A stretch of 64,000 bases of DNA, taken from positions 62,001 to 126,000 of the forward strand of contig JAUCBJ010000699.1 in assembly GCA_032718475.1 (NCBI GenBank). The letters are read 5' to 3'. Below the pieces are notes generated by a model, which was not told the DNA's origin, did not search any database, and worked only from the letters and a program-made list of their open reading frames with translations. Positions 24,072 through 34,500 of the stretch are shown here, piece after piece. The stretch comes from Nemertoderma westbladi (taxonomy: Eukaryota > Animalia > Xenacoelomorpha). The first letter of the stretch is position 1. Each line of letters opens with the position of its first letter. A program made the position numbers and the translations under genes.

Positions 24072-25990
24072 CAGGGCTTGCAAAGGGGTCCTACTAAATA
24101 CTACAAAAAGCACAAAACAAGCACAAAAAAGCACAAAAAAGTCAAGAAAAGCACAAAAAAGTCAAGAAAAGCACAAAAAAGCACAAAAAAAGCACAAAAA
24201 AGCACAAAAAAAGTAAAAAAAAGCACAAAAAAGTAAAAAAAAAGCACAAAAAAACATTCTCACATCAAGAGACATGGGGGGGGGGGGGGGGGGGGCGAAA
24301 ATATAAGAGATATTGTTACAGACACCCCCCACATACGAAGGTAACCCATACGCCTATGATTGATTAATTTGCAATGTTCTGACCTACAGTATGTAAATAA
24401 CCATAATAAATATAATAAGAAAATAAACATAATAAAACACATACAGTATAGAGATTAATAGCTTAATAAAACTACAGTAAATTACGATCGTGGGAAAGAA
24501 CACCCAGGATGTAAGGCACTCATGGGGGTCGTTAATTAAGGTAAAATAAAATAGAATATTGACATATAAGATAAGTACGCATGAACTCCTAAACAACATT
24601 GCAAACAATCTGGCAGTTATAGAAATTTCAAAGTATACAGTAGTGTTACAACAGCAGTGGTTAAACCCAGGCAGGAACTGTGTTTCCAACAGACGCAGAT
24701 ATCGTAACCAAGGCAGTTCCGACCTAAGCAAGATTCTTGCAAGTATGACTATGACTAATAATCATCATACTTAGTTTTTTAGTTTAGTTTAATACACTCT
24801 TTAATAATTCACATAAACATTCATTTAAAAAAAAACTTGTCCTCAGACGTTATCGATCACCCACTCGAGAGGTTCGGGCAGACCGTGATGTGATAATTGT
24901 ACAGTATGTCGATTTATCGGTGAATAAATTAAAGTAATTAACCAGAACGCTGATAAGTTGACATAATGTGACAATAACAAAGTCTATTACAGTATTATAA
25001 GTTCTATCCTGATATTTGAATTGAACCATCTTTACATTCTGACATTAGCCTGATATTGCACTTGGGTGTTCGTGGTAGGGCTGTACCTATGTAAGTGCTC
25101 GTGCTGGTGCTCACTCACTGGCAGCTATATGACATGAAAGCATACTGGACATGTGATTATCGTTCCGGTAGCCTAGACACTACTGCACTACATGATATTG
25201 CATCTATCATCTGTTCTATTACAAGCTCAATAAACGATCAGTTTGCTTTTTTGTGCTTTTTTTTTTACTTTTTTGTGCTTTTTTTTACCTTTTTTGTGCT
25301 TTTTTGTGCTTTTTTTGTGCTTTTTTGTGCTTTTCTTGACTTTTTTGTGCTTTTTTGTGCTTGTTTTGTGCTTTTTGTAGTATTTAGTAGGACCCCTTGC
25401 AAAGTAGGTTTTTGTACACCTAGGTTTTTATCGATTTTTGTCAAAAACCTAAAATTTGAAAAAAGCCTAAAACTAGGTTTTTAGGTTCACAAAAAAGAGC
25501 CAAATTGCTTGTTTTTTGAAAATTTCTGATGGCAAAAATATGAACCCCACAGACTAAAGTCTTTTGAGTTTCTGTCTTTTAACTAAGCCGACAATAAAAC
25601 CTCACTGCTGGCAGCTGGACTGACTAATATTACCCTATCCCTTTTTAAAACAAAAATCAAATAGATTACGGTATTCAGATATTTTAATATATTGTAGGCT
25701 TACAGGTATCTACTGATCTACCAGTGCTGTATAAAATATAATCTTGAACAATTGCGGCCCCATATAATTTATCTAACCATAACGAATGAACTGATGAACC
25801 AATTCAGCTCAGGCAGTCAGGTCAGGTCAATGAGTCAATCTAATCAATCAATACAGCAATATACAAATACAACCTGACAGAAATACTACAAAAACCTAGC
25901 AATAACATTCAAAAACCTTCAAAAAACCTGCAAAAACCTAACAAAAACCTAATTTTTGTTTTAAAAAACCTAAGGTTATTGCCAGCCCTG
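24072..25990. mobile_element. hAT-type MITE (~0.6 kb of own sequence) carrying a nested insertion
   Basis: TIRs CAGGGCTTGCAA / TTGCCAGCCCTG and 8-bp TSD ATCCAGAC at 24064-24071 and 25991-25998. Confidence 0.85.
24085..25396. mobile_element. Foldback-like element with ~160-bp repetitive TIRs and 7-bp TSD (Galileo/P-like, tentative)
   Basis: GGGGTCCTACTAAATACTACAAAAAGCAC... is mirrored at the right end. TIRs are built of AAAAAGCAC subrepeats. TSD TTGCAAA at 24078-24084 and 25397-25403. Confidence 0.8.
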
Positions 25991-26532
25991 ATCCAGACAC
26001 CTAGACCTACTGCTGTACTGGCAACTTGTAGTTGTCTGGCTCTGTAGGCTGGTGGGTAAAGGAGCAGCTAACAGAGGTGTGTTGAAAGGAACCAAAACAA
26101 TAAACGAGAGTTACGAGTTAGGAAAATGTAGGAAACCGAATTTAATTGAGAATCGAATCAACAACTTGATGATCAACAGTCAGATGTCAGGATGTATAGG
26201 TCTACGTCTGTACGTCTACCTACCCCGCTACCGGCAGACTGCTACCCTACCTCGGTGTGTAGGCGTATGTAACAGATCGATGGACAAGCCACCAAGCACA
26301 CTACAGCAATACTCAGTAACTAGAATTATCAGTAGGCACGTAAGCTATGTAGGTAAGCAGGTAAGTTATGCGGTAAGCAATAAAAAGTAGACCTACCGCT
26401 ACCGAGTACTGGTACATGCATTCTAACATTAGTTATAAAACACAATACATGCAATACGGTACCTTTTTTTACAATTACTTAAGTTTAAGTAGAGTTTATG
26501 AGTTGTCCCATGAAAGGTTGTCCTTGGTAATT

Positions 26533-27077
26533 TGTGACGGGATCCAGGAAGGATCCCGGTTTATCCGGTTTGTCAATTCACGCGAACCCGCCGTGTGTGA
26601 AAGATAAAAGAGTTTACGTTGTTCGTTGTATATAATATTCGGGATATGTATAGTATAGATATAGATAATGGATAAGATAAATATTGTTGTACGCGGAAGG
26701 CGGGAAACGGTAATTTAAATCCCGGTACTTCCCTAGCTAAACTATTGCTACTGTAACACCAATAACACTGAGATAACTGAATGAGATGATTACTGCCAAC
26801 TGGTTATATTGCACGGGTTGGCCTTGTTACTGTACCTAACCGATGCCTTTTCCCCCCTCTGATTGGCTAATGTCCCTATTGGCGCCCTTTGGAGTGTTTC
26901 CGTTCACTCCAGCTATTCTCTCTCGGTTAGGGGTTTGGCCCCTGACCCTCATTGTGTGTTTCTCCTTCCCACTTTGTTGGGGTGACACGAGTTGTTAGTT
27001 ACCCAATCTCGTGGCCCCCAATATTGCTTAACGGTTGACTTTATGGGTTTGTGTTAGCGGAATTGAATAAGCTAACA
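26533..27077 (-). repeat. 3' LTR (545 bp)
   Basis: TGTGAC...GCTAACA, direct repeat of 39985-40528. Confidence 0.97.
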
Positions 27078-27087
27078 CTCCCCCCCA
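27078..27087 (-). other. Polypurine tract (plus-strand primer)
   Basis: Minus strand TGGGGGGGAG immediately abuts the 3' LTR. Confidence 0.85.
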
Positions 27088-27779
27088 TGCTATCTTCCCG
27101 GTGAGAAGATAGCATCCACCTCAAGTGCGCTACAATTCCGCTGGATCCCGATCTATTATCGGGTGTGGGGTGGAACTATTTTCTTTCGGAGCCGGCTTTC
27201 CAGGCCGCTCCCTATGGGTATGATATCGCTACCCGTTTCGCCTGGCGTCCCATGTCGGGCCGATCGTGCGCTCCTCACATGACTTTTGTTTCCCCAACAC
27301 TTCGCCACTTTAACTCTACTCTGTTCTCACCCTGACTCTCCTCTACTTCTCCTCACTACCGCTCTAACTCTCGGACTTCCCTGTCCCTCACTCAGCCTCT
27401 TATTCCTCCCACACACTTGAATTGCATTCGCACTCTCTCTGCACTCTGCACTATCACCTCTTACTCGACCTCCCTTTGACTACCCCATCCCTTCTTACGA
27501 ATCTCACTCCCCCTTTGTGCCGTCGCACTCAAGAAATGTGAAGTCGTCTGGTGTCTCGTCCATAGTACCATAGTCAGTTAGCCCCCCAGTCCCAGTAGCT
27601 AATTGAGAAAGGTTGAATGACTATAGTACTTACTTCGAACGTATATTTCATTGCTAAACTACTGATTACTACGTACATACATATAATTGCACTTATTTAA
27701 TTATTTGCATCAGTTTGAATTTGTACTTAATAGTTCGTACGTCCCACGTGGCGCCTTCCAGGCGTACCACATTGAAGTC

Positions 27780-30389
27780 TCAGTTCATCCCCCCTGACTT
27801 TGGGAACCACCTCAAGTCTTTCCCTTTGCCGTCCTCCTCCCTGGGTCGTTTCCTGGTCACTACCGCTCCTCTGGGATCCGCTTTCTGTCTTCGGACCCTC
27901 GCCGCCACCTCCTTACTGATCCCGGTCGTTGGCTCCCTGGGTGCTGGTGTTATCAGCTCCCGATATCGCTTCGCGGGTGGCCCCTCCAAATGGCCCTGTT
28001 GTCTCCCCCTGGTGGCGTCCCATATGATCATCTTCATTGCCCGCGGCACGTGCTCCGCCAGGAAATCCCTAAACTCCCCTCGGTTCTGTGGCGTCCACCT
28101 GTCCAAATACCTTTGTGTATTCATCACCCCGGCATACGACGCCGCCGTTGCTACCTCTTGATAGGTAAACGGTAGCCTCCGCTTTATGATTTCCATGTGA
28201 GCCTCCTGATTGATGAGGAAGAAACCCCACTTGAACTCCTGGGCCTTCATGCGCTGGCGCGTCATGGCCCCGACGTCGGCCCACTCCTCGAATCTTCTGA
28301 ACTTCTCTTCGTCGTCCATCCAGTCGCACTGGCGTCCGTAGTGTCCCCGAAAGTTGCACTTTGGACATCGGTTATGCAACCGTGGACACGCCCCCATCCT
28401 GTGGCTCGACTCGCGGCAGTAGAGACAAAAGGTTCCCTTTTGGAACCGGTACAAACAGCTCCTTTCCTGGTGGGTCTGTCTCCCACAGTAGTCGCAACCG
28501 AGTACCAATGTCTCCCGCCTCACGTCGTCTTTCGTCCCAAGCGATCTCCGCGGTCTGTGGAGTCGCTGGTAGGCGAACTTCTGTACGTTAGTGTCCCTGT
28601 CTACGTCGATCTCTCCGCCCCTCTCGGGCATCGTCTCCCCGAATACTACCCGTGGTGCCGTCCCCGGTTGCTCGCCCAACCTGATAGTGCTCCCCGCGAA
28701 ATCCATCGCCGGCTCCTCGTGCACCCAGGCCCGCTTGCCGGGTCTATCCCAAAAGGCCCTCGCCCCACTGGCCGTCACCACCCTCCCGCCAACCCAGTCC
28801 GTGTCCGAGTGGCCAATCCTCTCGATGGGCGGCACCTCTCCGAACTCGTCGTCATGTTCCTCCTCCTCTGGCAGTGGCTCCAACCCCGGTATCCCGATGG
28901 ATCCACTATGTCCCTTCCCGCCTTGGCTCTCGCCCGTAGCTCTCCATCCCTCTAGCTCCCTTAACTTCCTTGGCGGTTGGTCGCCTTCGGCGCCCGCTGG
29001 TGTGGGCATCGCTTGCAACCCCGACGTCGACTGTTTCGGCGATCCCACCGTCCATCCCAGTTCTCGCCCTAGAGACTCCCCCGAACTCCCTGACGAAGTC
29101 CAACGAAGTTCGTCTAAGCCTGCCTGTTCCTCGAAGCCGTAACTCTGCGTCCTGGCCTCCTCCTCCCTCTCCTCTGCTTCTATCCTCTCCCGTCTAGCGA
29201 CTTCTTCCAGTCGCTTTGCCTTTCGTCTATCCGTCTCTAGCTGCTCCCATCTCTGATACGGCGTATCTGTCTCCCCGTCTATCAGATGTCGGCTGTTGTA
29301 GTACACCGACTCGCCCTTCAGCCCCGGGTGGTCTACCAGACCGTCGAAGGCCGTTTTAAAGGCTCTCCTGTAGCTTAGGGGTGATCCCGATAACAGAAAT
29401 GCCGCTGGTTCCCTCTCGATAACCGCGGTCAAGAATAAGTTAAGCAAACTTATCATCATCCAATCTTCCTGCAGGATATATCGCTTCTGATATACCTTTA
29501 TCGCTCCTCTGCGGAATTGATATACCTCTTGCCTCCCCGGTCTCGCTCCCCACTTTAGCGAGTTCGCTAGTTCTGCTCCGTATTCCTCCCTGAACTTCCC
29601 CCAGTCCATCGGTTTGTGGCATACGAGCCCCAATAGCTGGCCCATTGCAACCGCCCCGCATTGGCCTGTGTTCCCGACTACCCCCAACCCATCTGGTGCC
29701 GTCATAGCCATCAAGACCTTCTGCATATCCAGAAGGTTGGTGGCGTCCAGACCGATGATTCTCTCCGCGTCCTCGCGAATCGCCGATCCCACCTTCGTCG
29801 TCGACTTCTCTCTTACCAAGACTTGCACCGCTTTCGGCAACCGGTTTAATTTCGGCCCCTCCTTCTTCCCATACGTTCCTAGATCGAATAAGAAAATGTC
29901 CCCATTTGGCGCGGCCAAATGTAGGAGTATGGTCCTGGCCGACCCCGCTGATCCTCGTCTCGAACCCTCCTCGTCTTCCACGGTTCCCTCGTCGTCTAGG
30001 ATCATATATCCTCCCCTGTTGACGGACTCTATGAATCTCTTCCAATCCTTCTTCGGCGACTCCCTCGGGTACTTCGGAATCCTGAACTTCGCCTCGTCCC
30101 CTTTCACCACGTAGTGGAAGTGTTGGAAGATCGCGTTGTCCAGCGATGGCGTCCCGTAGGTCCCGACCAGCCGCTGTTCGTGCATCTCCCGGAAGTGGTC
30201 CTGCAGCGCTCGTGCCGCGTGACCCTTTTCCAACCTCTCGTAGTATCCTCTCGTCTTCTCTTCCGGATGCCTCTTGGTGAAATCCACCAGTATCTCCTTT
30301 CCTCCTGACTCCGCCTTTCTCTTTCTGATCAGTTTTCCCACCATTTCGAACTCCTCCGATCGCTCACCTATAAGGTGGTGCCTTACCAA
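27780..30389 (-). CDS. Retrotransposon accessory ORF: DEDDy-type 3'-5' exonuclease domain, acidic linker and three CCHC zinc knuckles
   Basis: ExoI ILDDEG (D132/E134), LLHLA..IFLFDL, LPKAVQVLV, ExoII KVGSAIRED (D207), NLLDM, QLLGLVCHKP, DW, ExoIII-like QKRYILQED (Y304, E308/D309). Knuckles CDYCGRQTHQERSC, CLYCRESSHRMGAC, CPKCNFRGHYGRQC. Track start is TTG; the first ATG is at 30344. Confidence 0.8.
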   Translation of the reverse strand: MVRHHLIGERSEEFEMVGKLIRKRKAESGGKEILVDFTKRHPEEKTRGYYERLEKGHAARALQDHFREMHEQRLVGTYGTPSLDNAIFQHFHYVVKGDEAKFRIPKYPRESPKKDWKRFIESVNRGGYMILDDEGTVEDEEGSRRGSAGSARTILLHLAAPNGDIFLFDLGTYGKKEGPKLNRLPKAVQVLVREKSTTKVGSAIREDAERIIGLDATNLLDMQKVLMAMTAPDGLGVVGNTGQCGAVAMGQLLGLVCHKPMDWGKFREEYGAELANSLKWGARPGRQEVYQFRRGAIKVYQKRYILQEDWMMISLLNLFLTAVIEREPAAFLLSGSPLSYRRAFKTAFDGLVDHPGLKGESVYYNSRHLIDGETDTPYQRWEQLETDRRKAKRLEEVARRERIEAEEREEEARTQSYGFEEQAGLDELRWTSSGSSGESLGRELGWTVGSPKQSTSGLQAMPTPAGAEGDQPPRKLRELEGWRATGESQGGKGHSGSIGIPGLEPLPEEEEHDDEFGEVPPIERIGHSDTDWVGGRVVTASGARAFWDRPGKRAWVHEEPAMDFAGSTIRLGEQPGTAPRVVFGETMPERGGEIDVDRDTNVQKFAYQRLHRPRRSLGTKDDVRRETLVLGCDYCGRQTHQERSCLYRFQKGTFCLYCRESSHRMGACPRLHNRCPKCNFRGHYGRQCDWMDDEEKFRRFEEWADVGAMTRQRMKAQEFKWGFFLINQEAHMEIIKRRLPFTYQEVATAASYAGVMNTQRYLDRWTPQNRGEFRDFLAEHVPRAMKMIIWDATRGRQQGHLEGPPAKRYRELITPAPREPTTGISKEVAARVRRQKADPRGAVVTRKRPREEDGKGKDLRWFPKSGGMN

Positions 30390-30816
30390 GGCGCAATATA
30401 AGTGAGTGATGCAGTTAGGATGGTCTGTACGGTCTGATAATGGCCTATTTTCTATCTAACTACGCCCTTTTAGCCTAATTTCTATTACTTAATTTTGTAG
30501 CTAACAAATGTACCTTATTTGCAATTTCTGTCCGTTGCTTTAATTATGTTCCAGAATAATTTTCCTCCTGTTACCATAATTTGTAATTTTCTTAGCCCTA
30601 TTTATTCTATTTTATTTCTAACCTATTTCTACTATTTACTGCTTATGGATTATTCTATTTCATAATCCACATTCTGACCTACGCTATGGGCCTGTGCAGT
30701 ACAGCAGTATATGTCGCGTGGCCTACACGATCTATCCAACTGTACTCATATGCCCCCCTCTTGCTACTAACTACTAACTAATATCTATACTATGTATACC
30801 CTTCTACCTCTCTCTC

Positions 30817-31420
30817 TTACTAATCGGTACTACGTACCCTCTTACTACTCTCTAACTAACTAACGGTACTACGTACCCTCTAACTCTAACTCTACTAACG
30901 GTACTGCATACCCTCTTACTACTCTCTAACTCCACTAACGGTACTACGTACCCTCTTACTACTCTTCCAACTCTACTAACGGTACTACGTACCCTCTTAC
31001 TACTCTCTAACTCCACTAATGGTACTACGTACCCTCTTACTACTCTTCCAACTCTACTAACTGTACTATGTACCCTCTTACTACTCTTCCAACTCTACTA
31101 ATGGTACTACGTACCCTCTTACTACTCTTCCAACTCTACTAACGGTACTACGTACCCTCTTACTACTCTTCCAACTCTACTAACGGTACTACGTACCCTC
31201 TTACTACTCTTCCAACTCTACTAACGGTACTACGTACCCTCTTACTACTCTTCCAACTCTACTAACGGTACTACGTACCCTCTTACTAACCTCTAACTCT
31301 ACTAACGGTACTACGTACCTTCTAACTGACTAACTAACTAACTAACTAACTCTAGGTACTACGTACCTTCTAACCGACTAACTCTAGGTACCACGTACCT
31401 TCTAACTAACTCCTAACTAA
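30817..31420. repeat. Internal 41-bp tandem array (~15 hairpin-bearing units) between pol and the accessory ORF
   Basis: Unit ACTAACGGTACTACGTACCCTCTTACTACTCTTCCAACTCT with the palindrome GGTAC-TAC-GTACC, degenerate at both edges. Confidence 0.93.
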
Positions 31421-31538
31421 CTAACTCTAATTTTTATTTATTTTATTTTTTATTTTTATGTGTAGGAAGGGCGTCTCGCCCTCAATCCCACCCCCCTCAG
31501 TCCAAACTTGGACGACTAAACTACACTCTAACTCCACC

Positions 31539-34500
31539 CTAAGGTGCCCCTTCTAATAGACAGCATTTCCCTACAGCTCTCCTGTAGGTTTTTCTGTCTT
31601 TCGCACCGATCTTTCCACCTATCCGCACTTCTACCGATCGGACATCGGAGTAAGTGCCTACGACTCTCGCCAACCGCCACTGGTTGTTGATGATAGTATC
31701 ATCCGTAACGATTACGAGATCTCCCTCTCTTAACTCCCTATTTGACTTCCTCCACTTGCTTCTTCTGTGAAGCGTGGGTAGGTATTCCTCAACCCACCTC
31801 CTCCAATACTCTGCGCTTATTGCTTTAGCGACCTTCCAACTCTGGCGGGAATGTATGTCATCTGGGTCTACACCCCGCATATCGATGGTCGCTGGCCTTT
31901 CCATTAGAAAATGGCTGGGTGTCAGCACATCTAATGACTCAGGGTCATCATTCTCCGGATATAGCGGTCTGCTATTAATGATCCCCTCGCACTTCGCAAG
32001 CACTGTCCTTAAGACGTCCTCAGTGACCATGTGGGTGTTCATTAGCTTCGTCATAAGACGCTTTGAACTGCCCACCAGTCTCTCGACGCATCCTAGTGTA
32101 TGTGGTGCATACGGCGTCCTTCTCTCCCACTTTACTTGTCGTCGTCTCATGGCCGCCCTGACTTCCTCCCCTTCCAAGATGTCCAAGGCCTCTGCCATCT
32201 CGTTCTCTGCTCCCACAAAGTTGGTTCCGCTGTCGGAGTACATTACTGCGATCGTCCCACCTTTGCGGTCTCTGAATCTTTCTAATGCATTAATAAATGC
32301 TGATGCGGTTGCATCTTGGGCGAGTTCTATCCCTACCGCCCGCGTGTTGTTACATACGAAGATAATACCGTAGCGTTTCTCCGTGTGCCGCATCACCTTG
32401 ATCTTTATCGGCCCGAACATGTCCACACCGCAATGTGTAAATGGCGGGTCGTGCTGTCTTACTCTACTCGCTGGTAGTGGCGCCATCTCTTGTATGGCTC
32501 GCTCCTTCTTCGCTCGTCGGCAGGTCTGGCATTGCCCCACTACCGCTTTTACCTTCTTCCTCAACTGCTTGACCCAAAAGGTCCTCCTTATCTCCGTGAG
32601 AGTTCGGTTGGTGCCCCCGTGCAATATCGACTTATGGGAGTCCCAGATAATCTGGTGGACTATTGGCGATCCTGTGGGAATGATGATGGGTTTCGGTGGT
32701 ACGACTATGCTGTTGTTGTATCCCACCCTAGAATTCATTACTAGAATCCCGTCGTCATTAAGTTGTGGCGACAGCGTGATCAGCTCGCTGTCCCGTCGAA
32801 GGTGCTGTTGGTTACCGACGCGTTCCACCTCGTCGCCATAGTTCTTCCGTTGTTCATAGCGGATGACTGCCTTGGCCGCTCCTTCCAGATCTATGGTTGT
32901 CCTGATCTTCTTGTCTTTGCCAACTCCCGCGAGGAAATTCCCGAAGGCTCTCCAGTACGCCACTAATTTCTTGGTCTTATACCAACTAGAGCTGTAGCTG
33001 AGGAGTTTATCTGTCGGGTTATCGCACAGTTCTTCTGGTTTAGGTTGCACGTCCCTTATCTCCCTCACCATCTGGGAGTATATCTCTTCTCCCTCTGAAT
33101 CTCCCTCTTCTCCTTCTGACACTACCTCTCCTGAGTCCGGGTCCACCTTTCTCATCGGCGGCCAGGCCTCCTTGTCGCTCAGAAACTGCGGCCCGTGTTG
33201 CCACAATCCTTCCTTTTTTAAGAAAGTGTGGCGTGCCACGCCCCTTGATAACAAGTCCGCTGGGTTCTCGTCCGTTGGGCAGTAGTGCCACCTTTCCAAT
33301 TCTGTGGTCGCCCTTATCTCGTCCACCCTGTTCGCGACGAATATTGGGTATCTCGTCCTTTCGTTATGTAGCCAACCAAGCACTACCATGGAGTCCGTCC
33401 AGTAGTGTGTCTCCACTATGTTGGGAATAGTATCCACTAGGTAGGCTGTGGCTCTAACTCCTAGTCTCGCAGCTGTCAATTCTAATTTGGGAACTGATGC
33501 TGAATCTGGCGGCGTTGACTTTGCTTTGCTAAAGGCCAGTCTGGGCTTGTGAGCCCCCTCTCGTTGTACTAAATAGAGTGCCGCTCCGTACGCCTCCAAC
33601 GACGCATCGGAGAACATGTGTAGGTCCAGATTCGTCATGTTCCCATCCGGGAAATACACTCGTGGCATGTTGTATGTTCCCATCTTCTCCAAGTCTCCTG
33701 TCCACTTACTCCACTGTTTCTTGATTTCCTCTGGTACCTCTACGTCCCACTCATCCTTCAATTTGTATACTCTCTTGAGTATCTGTTTCCCCGTGACTAA
33801 TAATGGGGATGCTAGACCTAGGGGATCGTATATCCTTGCTATATACGACACATAGCCCCTCTTCGTGTGGATGTCTGCGCCCTCCTGGCTCAGCTGATAC
33901 TTCAGTTCGTCTGTCTCTCTGTTCCACACGATTCCCAATGCCTTCTGTTGAGATTCTGTTCTCTTGTTCGCCATGTCCTGCCCTTTGGCTGTTGTGGGAT
34001 TATCCATGGTCGATTCTGGTCTCTTGTCCTCTATCGCCTTGATAAATTCTTCCGAACTGGATTGGAATTTGGTCAGGTTAAAGCCGGATCCTTTTAGGAT
34101 GTCGCGAACCTCGCGCCCTGTGTCCAGTATCTCCTTAACCGTATTTCCAGACTCCATTCCGTCGTCTACGTAGAAGCCGCGTCGAATCATATCGACGGCC
34201 CTAGTGCTGTATCTATCTTCCTTCCCCTTCACCGTATCTCTCACTGCCATAGTCGTCGTAAATGAAGACGACTTGGCTCCCATATTTTGTACTACCATCT
34301 TATATGCCGGTATTATCGACGGTTCTTCCTCGCCGTTATACCATAAGAAGCGTTGACTGTCGCTATCTTCCTCCGTTACACGGACTTGGTTGAACATGCC
34401 TTCTATGTCACACGTGAAGGCGTGTTTCCCATTTCTAAATCTAAGTAGGACCTCTATCCCCGAGTTGTATATGTTTGGACCTTCTAGCAGGTAGTCGTTT

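Noticed and set aside
23917-25484. Lys-rich ORF (23917-24216) and Phe-rich ORF (25095-25484) as genes
   Set aside because: They are translations of the A-tract and T-tract TIRs of the foldback element.
27780-30389. Third ORF as a retroviral-like env gene
   Set aside because: No signal peptide, C-terminal TM anchor or fusion-protein Cys pattern; nuclease and knuckle motifs are present instead.
30817-31420. Palindrome-containing array next to a nuclease gene as a CRISPR-like system
   Set aside because: The linkers between palindromes are themselves near-identical repeats, not acquired spacers.
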